The notes under the pieces were generated by a model. It worked only from the letters and a program-made list of their open reading frames with translations, had not been told where the DNA came from and made no database searches. Source: Paraspadella gotoi (lineage: Eukaryota > Animalia > Chaetognatha). Taken from it: a stretch of 64,000 bases of DNA. The position numbers were made by a program, and so were the translations under genes. This document shows, piece by piece, positions 1-10,800 of this stretch (position 1 is its first letter; the number at the start of each line of letters is the position of its first letter). The stretch covers positions 30,319,376 through 30,383,375 of the forward strand of contig CM119263.1 of assembly GCA_051294375.1 (NCBI GenBank), given 5' to 3'.

Positions 1-1455
1 CGAAAAACGTAGAAACAGTCAAAACGTATCAAGCATACTTGCGATTGTACTTCTATGACTCACCGACTGTGAGGAGACCAGACAGCGATACCAAGACACC
101 CGTCATCAACCGCCCATCGTAGCTCATCTGCGAGAATTTGAATACAAGCGGTTGAGCGTCAACAGAATAAAGCAGAGGCTAAAATTGCGCCAAAAGCTCA
201 CCTGAGTGATCATGTAGAGGAAAACGAAGGAGTAACCGTAGAGGACGTACTTTAACTCTCGCTCCATGATCGACTTGGACTCTGTATCGAAGCTGCGGCC
301 ACCGCTGTCGAGGAAAGGATTAAAGAGGGGGGGGGGTAATAGACCCCGTTAATAATAACGAGAGTTACAACAGTTGAATTTTATTAATCAACCTGTAAAC
401 GAGATTGTCGAACTCCGGTTTCATTTCCCGAGCCACTTTGTAAAAGTTTTCTTCAAAATCTCCGTACCAAAGGGCGTAGCGATGTGCATGCATGTTCCAA
501 TGAAGGAGTACGGCTTTGGCTCCTGAAGAAAGGCGAGGAATGACTTGCGCTCCGTCTCTCTCTCTTTCTCTCGCTCACACACACACACAACCTGCGATCG
601 AGTCGTTGTTGTTCGATTGCCAGAAATTGCTGATGGTGGCAACAATGTAATGTTTGTCGACTCTGGTGCGAAGATCTCGCAACGACTTGGCGAGATCAGC
701 CTAGGGAGGGAGAGAGAGTTTTAATCCTGAGATAAAAAGAGATGGCGTTTGATTTTATCTTCTTCACCTCCGTCATATTCATGATCTTCTTCTCGTCGTA
801 ATCCCAGAGACGAAGGACGCTAAAGTTGGCGCAAGACTGAAGGGGAAAGCAAAAAAATGTATAAAATAAACCATTTCTATAAAGCCTATGTACATCGTAT
901 AATTAAAATATAAATTCTCTCACCTGAAACTCCTCCATACGAATGCACCTGTCTTCATAGTCGCTCCGGTGACTCACGATTCGATGGTGCATCCTAAAAT
1001 CAATCAACAAATTCTCGGATGAAAAGCGAAGAGCAAAATTCAAGCTGAAATGAGAGATCACGAGTTTTCAAACAAACCGGTAGAGATTTTTTATGACGTC
1101 CGGCCTTAACACGTTTTCGCCGGAAACGATGACGGATTGAATGAAACCGTTGGGCACCGGAGATTCTGAGGAAGTGTTTTGCGGGAAATATTTGTCGAGC
1201 CAAAGTTTGTTTTTGTGCAGCGAAGACTCTTTAGGCAGCCTTGGGGATATAATGATGCGAATTAGGTTGATGCCATTTTGTCTTTAACTCTTTAACTTCT
1301 TACCAAAGGTTATAGGGGTCTCTCTCGTCGTTCATCCAGAGGACGCCGAGCATAGAGACGAAGACGATGGCGAAAGTCAAGTAGATCGTCGTCATCGGGT
1401 TCGTCGAGACGACGTGACCAACGCGGAAGAAAAAGTTGGAGAGGAAGGCGAACAT
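1..1455 (-). CDS. Patched-domain/NPC1-like sterol-sensing membrane protein, 5' exons (copy 1; continues off the left edge)
   Basis: ATG at 1455. Spliced translation MFAFLSNFFFRVGHVVSTNPMTTIYLTFAIVFVSMLGVLWMNDERDPYNLW|LPKESSLHKNKLWLDKYFP... has an N-terminal TM helix and the LWxPxxS motif typical of PTCHD/NPC1 proteins; GT-AG introns. Confidence 0.7.
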
Positions 1456-2029
1456 TTCAGAGTTGAAATACTAGAAAAGGAATTGGAAAGAAATGAGTAA
1501 GGAATTTGTTAAGGGTAAGTTAATGACAAAAAAAACTTACCCTCGCGCATTTTCCGCTCTTTTTCGTCTCATTTTTCGAGCTTCGTCGCTTCATCGATGA
1601 ACGAGAATGAAAAATGTGAAAAAATCCAAAACCAAATTTTACAGATTTTTTGTTAAATCGCAGAAAAGCTTTTTTTTTTCTCTCTGAAGAGAGAAAAAGT
1701 CGAACCAAATATGGAAGGAAAGAAATTCTGGAAAGTGGAATGACGATCGTGAGAGAAAAAAAATAAGACTAGAAATACAAATATGGCTGCGAGAATTCAC
1801 AAAACTTAACCTTAAACAATTCGCGTAAGGTAAAAATATTTATTTTAAACATTTAATGGTATCGTATAGGAATTAAGGTTGAACGTTTGTATATTTTGTT
1901 CCGAAAATTAATTTTTAAGTTTTTTTAAATTAATATTTTTGAATCGAGAGAAAAGCCGAATGAAGAGACTTTCTTCTTCAAGGTGAATTTTAGAACTAAA
2001 GTCTTTCGAAAAAAAAGACAAGCGCGACT

Positions 2030-2170
2030 TCAAAGGACATTGAGGATGGCCTCCATCTTGTGGTAAAGGTCCTCCTTCTTGGCGTTGGAGGCGTGCTCCA
2101 GATCCATGTACTGACCGCGACTCATCTTCCCCGCCACGAGCTTCTCCGCGTAAGTGACGGAAAATCCCAC
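2030..2170 (-). pseudogene. Orphan duplicate of the RPN1 terminal exon
   Basis: Matches 7811-7951 ([46 protein letters not shown]), with no upstream RPN1 exons in this copy. Confidence 0.75.
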
Positions 2171-2220
2171 CTGTAAAGCGAGGTAAGTTAAACCCGAGAT
2201 ATCTTTTAATAGGGTAGTGC

Positions 2221-2293
2221 GGGGTAATTCGGAACAGGGGTAATTCGGAACAGGGGTAATTCGGAACGGGGGTAATTCGGAACGGGGGTAATT
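2221..2293. repeat. 17-bp tandem repeat (ggggtaattcggaacr)n interrupted by the DIRS-like insertion; resumes at 4661-4685
   Basis: Four units plus a partial unit before the element, and aattcggaacgggggtattcggaac after it. Also at 8002-8070 and 10410-10435. Confidence 0.85.
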
Positions 2294-4664
2294 TGTGGTT
2301 CCAAATGGAACCGGGATTCTTCATGGTTCTTCCCCATCAACAAAGTGAGCATCTGCTCTGAAAACGCGACATCTCCCGAGAGAAAAACGAAGAGGAAACC
2401 TCTTCCCCGCCTTCTCTTCCCCCTCCCGTACGCTACCTCAGTACGCCGACACGAGACAGAATCACTCGTAACCAAGCAAACCAAGAGGGGGGAATCCCGC
2501 GAAGACTTCCGGTGAAGCGCCACGCCCACTTGACAGGACGTCGTAGAAGGGGGGGGATGAGAAACCGCAAAAAACCAGTCCATGGACGAAAACCGGGTCT
2601 GGAGAAACTGACAGCCGGACGAGGCAACGGCCGAAAGAGCTGTCGGGCGATCAGTCGGCATCCTTAGACGTCCCTGAAGCCCCGCCCCTACGCTTGGGAG
2701 GCGGCGAAGACATGCGAGGCCGGTAGGGATGGCGAGCGGGACTACGCGGACTGCCACGCCCACGCTTGCGGCTAACAGAACAGGCGCAATTGTGTGGCGC
2801 CCCGGAGCGGAGAAGCGAAGAATGGAACGCTTGAGTGACGTCTGTGAAGCGGTCTCCGAAAAAGAATGACATGGAGGGCGGTGAACTGGACAGAACTGTC
2901 TTGAGATCCGAAGGGGCAGCGTCGACAACTAAGCGCCGAGACTCGGAGAGGGCCAAAGCAAAAATTGCCGCCAAACCCGACGAGGCGTCTCCAAGGGGCT
3001 TGGCAAGATCAAGGTGGCCTGCGTCCACTGCACCGGGCCCCTCCGAGCGAAGGGCCTCAACCATGAGGTGGAGAGCGTCAGCGACAGAAAGGACAGCATG
3101 AGCGGACGCTCCGGCGTCTCTCATGATGCGCTCAAAAACCTTGAAAGCGCACGTCGTCTTGGAGTCCTTCCGAGTGGCGTCGAACTGAGCGTCAAGGCAA
3201 CTCTGAGCAGGGGGACGAAAATCCGCCGGCGAAGAGACATCCGACCAGCGCCTGAAACGCGTATTGGCGGAAAACACGTCCCACGACGGTAAAAGAACGT
3301 CGTCTTGGCCAACTCTGCGAAAGTCCCTCCACTGCTGTAAGACCCACTCCAAAGGCTGTACAGAAGCACGACGAGACAGGAAGTCGAGTCGTCGACTCGC
3401 GCAGGTGGGGCTCGACGAGGAAGGCGTGACACAGTCACCCTCTCGGAGCGTGAAGGCCGATCCGCCACCGAAGAGGCCGTCAAAGAACGCGAAGACTCCA
3501 AGTTGCTGGCGTACAAACGAAGACCGACGAATGGCGAACAGAGGCGTCCAAGAACCATGAAGAAAACGTACATGGAAAAAAGAGAAATCATTGAAAAATG
3601 ACAGTCTCAAAAAAAGAACCCCAAAAAAACACCCCACCAAACAAGACAAGCGAGCCTGAGCCGCCCTCCACCACCGGTGGTGCCAGGGGTGGACGGTGGG
3701 TGGTTGTTGGTGGGGAAGAACCATGAAGAATCCCGGTTCCATTTGGAACCACAAATTCTATCATGTAGTTCTTCCCCACCAACAAAGTGAGCCTGTAACA
3801 AGACCAGGCGAAGGCCCGACAAAAAACAAACAAAGTCGAGTTAGGTGGGGCACAGGAGGAAAACCCCTCTGTACGCCGAATGTACGCCAAAAAAAGGCGA
3901 AAAAATAAAAACGAAAAGAGACAACTCACCGCCGAAGACTCTCCAACTCGGAACGAGACGAGCGGCGAAACTCCTTAAATTCGCGACGAACGCTAGAGAG
4001 AGCGTTGCTAATTTGGAGAAGAACTGCCTCCATCTGAGAGGGCATGACTTCGGCCTGACCAGAGCAGCCCGGAATGGCTGAGGGTGGAGGCGGTGGAGGC
4101 GGCGGAAGAGACATGAGGATAGTCAAGTTGAAAAACGCGCGCCTCAGTCCAAAAAACGGAGAGCACTGGACAAACAAGGGGGCCGAAAACAAGTTCTCCC
4201 CCCTGCAGCCGTACTGGCGCACTGGGCAAACAGAGGGGCCGAGTCCAGCTCTTCCCCCCGCAGCCGCGCAGGTGCGTCGAGGGCAAGCGAGAGGCCGAGT
4301 CAAGGCTCTTCCCTCCGAAGCCACGCACAACGAAGACAGAAAAGATGGCGGCCGGAAGAGAGAACTTCAAAAGCCACGTGTTGAAGAATATCTGTATTCT
4401 GAACTCCAAAAAAAGAAAACGAAAAAATATGCAAATTATTCAACAAAAATAATCAAAAAATATTTTTGAAAAAAGCCGGGAGACTGAGCGCAAAAGCGCG
4501 AACAGAAGAAGTGATTCTGTCTCGTGTCGGCGTACTGAGGTAGCGTACGGGAGGGGGAAGAGAGAGCGGGGAAGAGGAGGTTTCCTCTTCGTTTTTTCGG
4601 GAGATGTCGCGTTTGCAGAGCAGATGCTCACTTTGTTGGTGGGGAAGAACTACATCGAAGAATT
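2290..4664 (-). mobile_element. Non-autonomous DIRS1-type tyrosine-recombinase retrotransposon (gag only), copy 1
   Basis: About 140-bp inverted terminal repeats (~2325-2466 and ~4510-4650), unique terminal extensions, an internal complementary region at 3704-3792 joining the reverse complements of both ends across AATT, and AATT at both boundaries. No RT, RNase H or recombinase ORF. Confidence 0.85.
2651..4114 (-). CDS. Putative spliced DIRS gag-like ORF1 (exon 1 4114-3930; exon 2 3505-2651, with one frameshift near 3386)
   Basis: MSLPPPPP...ESLR followed by GTGAGT; acceptor TACGCCAG at 3506. C-terminal [31 protein letters not shown] resembles the RR..L..P..(L/F)FG motif of DIRS ORF1 (recalled, not searched); basic tail. 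Confidence 0.5.
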
Positions 4665-5052
4665 CGGAACGGGGGTATTCGGAACTAGGACATTATAATG
4701 AAATAAAATAATTGTATATCTTTTTTTATTTAATGATACAACTACCTATATCATTTAAGTAAGAAGACAGGGATTTCTAGGCGAAACCAAAGTGGATTTT
4801 ATTCTCAGGAAAATAGACCGAGAAAGACGGTGTCAATTTCGGATTGAGTGAATCATGCTAAAACTAACGACTATTTATACAGTAAGGCGTAGTGAAAGTT
4901 AAATACGAAAATTCTAAAGTCAATTATGAAGAACATACCATCAGTGAACATTATTTTTAAAAAAAATTAATTTTATGTTTTTAATTTTCGCAGTAGGCTA
5001 TATTTATAAAATCTAAAAATTTCAAATNNNNNNNNNNNNNNNNNNNNNNNNN

Positions 5053-7238
5053 TGCCGACTGCGAAGGCAAGGGCGTCGGAGAGGGACGTCACGAAGATGG
5101 AGAGACCTGGTGGAAACGAAAGGTGAAGTGATATTGTCTAATGTCTCGTCCTGTAAACCAAGGGAGAAATCCGACCGACCTACGTCGTGAAGGATTCGCG
5201 ACAGAGAGTCGACGACGACGGTTTTGACTCTGATTTCCGAAGTCGCGTTGTTCACGGATTCCATTTCTTCTCCGTTCCATCCCGACGTCGTCAGCGGATT
5301 TATCGTCGTTGTTGATCGTCGTTCGACTCTTTCTTTATATCGATCCGTTTGTATTCGATTGCTCTTTTGTTTTTCAAAGCCTGATATAATAAAATAATTC
5401 CGTTTTTAACTCATTGATAGTTTTTGTATTATTAACATCGACGACAGCAACATCGAGAACAATTTAAACTCGCGCGCAACGTGCGCGATCGAAGCTTGAG
5501 GAGAAAGGGGATGGCTGAAGGGAGTAGGAGGAAGAGGAGCTTGCTAATAATTCTAATACTAATAACAGTAAACAGTGAAAGTTAACCTGCGTCACAACGA
5601 ACATGTCGTCGATCCCAATGCCGAGTAAAATAGCGGGAATAATTAGATGAACGTTGGACCAGAAATAACCCATGAGAGAACAAAATCCGACCATGAGGGA
5701 AACAGCCAGGCCTTCAAGTGAAAACCGGTCAGGATTTGGACAAAGTAAGATAAACTAAAATGCGTGAAAAGCGGTCAGTCTACGAAAAACGTAGAAACAG
5801 TCAAAACGTATCAAGCATACTTGCGATTGTACTTCTATGACTCACCGACTGTGAGGAGACCAGACAGCGATACCAAGACACCCGTCATCAACCGCCCATC
5901 GTAGCTCATCTGCGAGAATTTGAATACAAGCGGTTGAGCGTCAACAGAATAAAGCAGAGGCTAAAATTGCGCCAAAAGCTCACCTGAGTGATCATGTAGA
6001 GGAAAACGAAGGAGTAACCGTAGAGGACGTACTTTAACTCTCGCTCCATGATCGACTTGGACTCTGTATCGAAGCTGCGGCCACCGCTGTCGAGGAAAGG
6101 ATTTAAAGAGGGGGGGGGTAATAGACCCCGTTAATAATAACGAGAGTTACAACAGTTGAATTTTATTAATCAACCTGTAAACGAGATTGTCGAACTCCGG
6201 TTTCATTTCCCGAGCCACTTTGTAAAAGTTTTCTTCAAAATCTCCGTACCAAAGGGCGTAGCGATGTGCATGCATGTTCCAATGAAGGAGTACGGCTTTG
6301 GCTCCTGAAGAAGGCGAGGAATGACTTGCGCTCCGTCTCTCTCTCTTTCTCTCGCTCACACACACACACAACCTGCGATCGAGTCGTTGTTGTTCGATTG
6401 CCAGAAATTGCTGATGGTGGCAACAATGTAATGTTTGTCGACTCTGGTGCGAAGATCTCGCAACGACTTGGCGAGATCAGCCTAGGGAGGGAGAGAGAGT
6501 TTTAATCCTGAGATAAAAAGAGATGGCGTTTGATTTTATCTTCTTCACCTCCGTCATATTCATGATCTTCTTCTCGTCGTAATCCCAGAGACGAAGGACG
6601 CTAAAGTTGGCGCAAGACTGAAGGGGAAAGCAAAAAATGTATAAAATAAACCATTTCTATAAAGCCTATGTACATCGTATAATTAAAATATAAATTCTCT
6701 CACCTGAAACTCCTCCATACGAATGCACCTGTCTTCATAGTCGCTCCGGTGACTCACGATTCGATGGTGCATCCTTAAAATCAATCAACAAATTCTCGGA
6801 TGAAAAGCGAAGAGCAAAATTCAAGCTGAAATGAGAGATCACGAGTTTTCAAACAAACCGGTAGAGATTTTTTTATGACGTCCGGCCTTAACACGTTTTC
6901 GCCGGAAACGATGACGGATTGAATGAAACCGTTGGGCACCGGAGATTCTGAGGAAGTGTTTTGCGGGAAATATTTGTCGAGCCAAAGTTTGTTTTTGTGC
7001 AGCGAAGACTCTTTAGGCAGCCTTGGGGATATAATGATGCGAATTAGGTTGATGCCATTTTGTCTTTAACTTCTTTAACTTCTTACCAAAGGTTATAGGG
7101 GTCTCTCTCGTCGTTCATCCAGAGGACGCCGAGCATAGAGACGAAGACGATGGCGAAAGTCAAGTAGATCGTCGTCATCGGGTTCGTCGAGACGACGTGA
7201 CCAACGCGGAAGAAAAAGTTGGAGAGGAAGGCGAACAT
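5053..7238 (-). CDS. Patched-domain/SSD protein, copy 2 (5' exons through the sterol-sensing domain; truncated at the gap)
   Basis: Contains IIPAILLGIGIDDMFVVTQ (GxxxDD motif) and HDVG|LSIFVTSLSDALAFAVG, both hallmark SSD/RND segments. A T7 homopolymer at ~6868-6874 (T6 in copy 1) frameshifts exon 2. Confidence 0.75.
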
Positions 7239-7810
7239 TTCAGAGTTGAAATACTAGAAAAGGAATTGGAAAGAAATGAGTAAGGAATTTGTTAAGGGTA
7301 AGTTAATGACAAAAAAAACTTACCCTCGCGCATTTTCCGCTCTTTTTCGTCTCATTTTTCGAGCTTCGTCGCTTCATCGATGAACGAGAATGAAAAATGT
7401 GAAAAAATCCAAAACCAATTTTACAGATTTTTGTTAAATCGCAGAAAAGCTTTTTTTTTTCTCTCTGAAGAGAGAAAAAGTCGAACCAAATATGGAAGGA
7501 AAGAAATTCTGGAAAGTGGAATGACGATCGTGAGAGAAAAAAAATAAGACTAGAAATACAAATATGGCTGCGAGAATTCACAAAACTTAACCTTAAACAA
7601 TTCGCGTAAGGTAAAAATATTTATTTTAAACATTTAATGGTATCGTAAGGAATTAAGGTTGAACGTTTGTATATTTTGTTTCCGAAAATTAATTTTTAAG
7701 TTTTTTTAAATTAATATTTTTGAATCGAGAGAAAAGCCGAATGAAGAGACTTTCTTCTTCAAGGTGAATTTTAGAACTAAAGTCTTTCGAAAAAAAAGAC
7801 AAGCGCGACT

Positions 7811-10800
7811 TCAAAGGACATTGAGGATGGCCTCCATCTTGTGGTAAAGGTCCTCCTTCTTGGCGTTGGAGGCGTGCTCCAGATCCATGTACTGACCGCG
7901 ACTCATCTTCCCCGCCACGAGCTTCTCCGCGTAAGTGACGGAAAATCCCACCTGTAAAGCGAGGTAAGTTAAACCCGAGATATCTTTTAATAGGGTAGTG
8001 CGGGGTAATTCGGACAGGGGGTAATTCGGAACAGGGGTAATTCGGAACGGGTAATTCGGAAGGGGTAATTTGTGGTTCCAAATGGAACCGGGATTCTTCA
8101 TGGTTCTTCCCCACAACAAAGTGAGCATCTGCTCTGAAACGCGACATCTCCCGAGAGAAAAACGAAGAGGAAACCTCTTCCCCGCCTTCTCTTCCCCCTC
8201 CCGTACGCTACCTCAGTACGCCGACACGAGACAGAATCACTCGTAACCAAGCAAACCAAGAGGGGGAATCCCGCGAAGACTTCCGGTGAAGCGCCACGCC
8301 CACTTGACCGGACGTCGTAGAAGGGGGGGATGAGAAACCGCAAAAAAACCAGTCCATGGACGAAAACCGGGTCTGGAGAAACTGACGGCCGGACGAGGCA
8401 ACGGCCGAAAGAGCTGTCGGGCGATCAGTCGGCTCCTTAGACGTCCCTGAGCCCCGCCCCTACGCTTGGGAGGCGGCGAAGACTTGCGAGGCCGGTAGGG
8501 AGGCGAGCGGGACTACGCGGACTGCCACGCCCACGCTTGCGGCTAACAGAACAGGCGCAATTGTGTGGCGCCCCGGAGCGGAGAAGCGAAGAATGGAACG
8601 CTTGAGTGACGTCTGTGGAGCGGTCTCCGAAAAAGAAGACGTGGAGGGCGGAGGAACTGGACAGAACTGTCTTGAGATCCGAAGGGGCAGCGTCGACAAC
8701 TAAGCGCCGAGACTCGGAGAGGGCCAAACAAAATCTGCCGCCAAACCCGACGAGGCGTCTCCAAGGGGCTTGGCAAGATCGTCAAGGTGGCCTGCTCCAC
8801 TGCACCGGGCCCCTCCGAGCGAAGGGCCTCAACCATGAGGGGAGAGCGTCAGCGACAGAAAGGACAGCATGAGCGGACGCTCCGGCGTCCTCATGATGCG
8901 CTCAAAAACCTTGAAAGCGCCGTCGTCTTGGAGTCCTTCCGAGGCGTCGAACTGAGCGCAAGGCAATCTCTTGAGCAGGGGGACGAAAATCCGCCGGCGA
9001 AGAGACATCCGACCAGCGCCGAAACGCGTATTGGCGGAAAAACGTCCCACGACGGTAAAAGAACGTCGTCCTGGCCAACTCTGCGAAATCCCTCCACTGC
9101 TGTAGAGACCCACTCCAAGGCTGTACAGAAGCACGACGAGACAGGAAGTCGGAGTCGTCGACTCGCGCAGAGTGGGGCTCGACGAGGAAGGCGTGACCAG
9201 TCACCCCTCGGAGCGTGAAGGCCGATCCGCCCCGAAGAGGCCGCAAAGAACGCGAAGACTCCAAGTTGCTGGCGTACAAACGAAGACGACGAACGAAATG
9301 GCGAACAGAGGCGTCCAAGAACCATGAAGAAAACGTACATGGAAAAAAAGAGAAATCATTGAAAAATGACAGTCTCAAAAAAAGAACCCCAAAAAAACAC
9401 CCACCAAACAAGACAAGCGAGCCTGAGCCGCCCTCCACCACGGTGGTGCCAGGGGTGGACGGTGGGTGGTTGTTGGTGGGGAAGAACCATGAAGAATCCG
9501 GTTCCATTTGGAACCAAAATTCTATCATGTAGTTCTTCCCCACCAACAAAGTGAGCCTGTAACAAGACCAGGCGAAGGCCCGACAAAAAACAAACAAAGT
9601 CGAGTTAGGTGGGGCACAGGAGGAAAACCCCTCTGTACGCCGAATGTACGCCAAAAAAAGGCGAAAAAAAAAACGAAAAGAAGAAACTCACCGCCGAAGA
9701 CTCTCCAACTCGGAACGAGACGAGCGGCGAAACTCCTTAAATTCGCGACGAACGCTAAGAGAGCGTTGCTAATTTGGAGAAGAACTGCCTCCATCTGAGA
9801 GGCATGACTTCGGCCTGACCAGAAGCCCGGAATGGCTGAGGGTGGAGGCGGGGAGGCGGCGGAAGAGACATGAGGTAGTCGAGTTGAAAAACGCGCCTCA
9901 GTCCAAAAAACGGAGAGCACTGGACAAACAGGGGGCCGAAAACAAGTTCTTCCCCCTGCAGCCGTACTTGCGCACTGGGCAAACAAGGGGCCGAGTCCGC
10001 TCTCCCCCCGCAGCCGCGCAGGGTGCGTCGAGGGCAAGCGAGAGGCCGAGTCAAGGCTCTTCCCTCCGAAGCCACGCACAACGAAGACGAAAAGATGGCG
10101 GCCGTGAAGAGAGAACTTCAAACCACGTGTTGAAGAATATCTGTATTCTGAACTCCAAAAAAAGAGAACGAAAAAATATGCAAATTATTCACAAAAAATA
10201 ATCAAAAAATATTTTGAAAAAAGCCGGGAGACTGAGCGCAAAAGCGCGAACAGAAGAAGTGATTCTGTCTCGTGTCGGCGTACTGAGGTAGCGTACGGGA
10301 GGGGGAAGAGAAGGCGGGAAGAGGAGGTTTCCTCTTCGTTTTTCTCTCGGGAGATGTCGCGTTTGCAGAGCAGATGCTCACTTTGTTGGTGGGAAGAACT
10401 ACACGATAGAATTCGGAACGGGGGTAATTCGGAACTAGGACATTATAATGAAATAAAATAATTGTATATCTTTTTTTTATTTAATGATACAACTACCTAT
10501 ATCATTTAAGTAAGAAGACAGGGATTTCTAGGCGAAACCAAAGTGGATTTTATTCTCAGGAAAATAGACCGAGAAAGACGGTGTCAATTTTCGGATTGAG
10601 TGAATCATGCTAAAACTAACGACTATTTATACAGTAAGGCGTAGTGAAAGTTAAATACGAAAATTCTAAAGTCAATTATGAAGAACATACCATCAGTGAA
10701 CATTAATTTTTAAAAAAATTAATTTTATGTTTTTTAATTTTCGCAGTAGGCTATATTTATAAATCTAAAAATTTCAAAATAAGCTTTTTTTAATTTTGAT

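Larger units (their letters stand above)
1..10778. repeat. Near-identical direct duplication: 1-5027 matches 5783-10778, separated by an N gap (5028-5052)
   Basis: Position 1 aligns to 5783 and the match runs to the gap. Differences are mostly 1-bp indels. Confidence 0.95.

Noticed and set aside
1470-1545. Acceptor just upstream of the PTCHD ATG as a trans-splice site
   Set aside because: A strong GTAAGT donor at about 1540 makes it an ordinary 5'-UTR intron.
2221-2293. 17-bp repeats as a CRISPR array or telomere
   Set aside because: No spacers, eukaryotic intronic context, and the unit is not telomeric.
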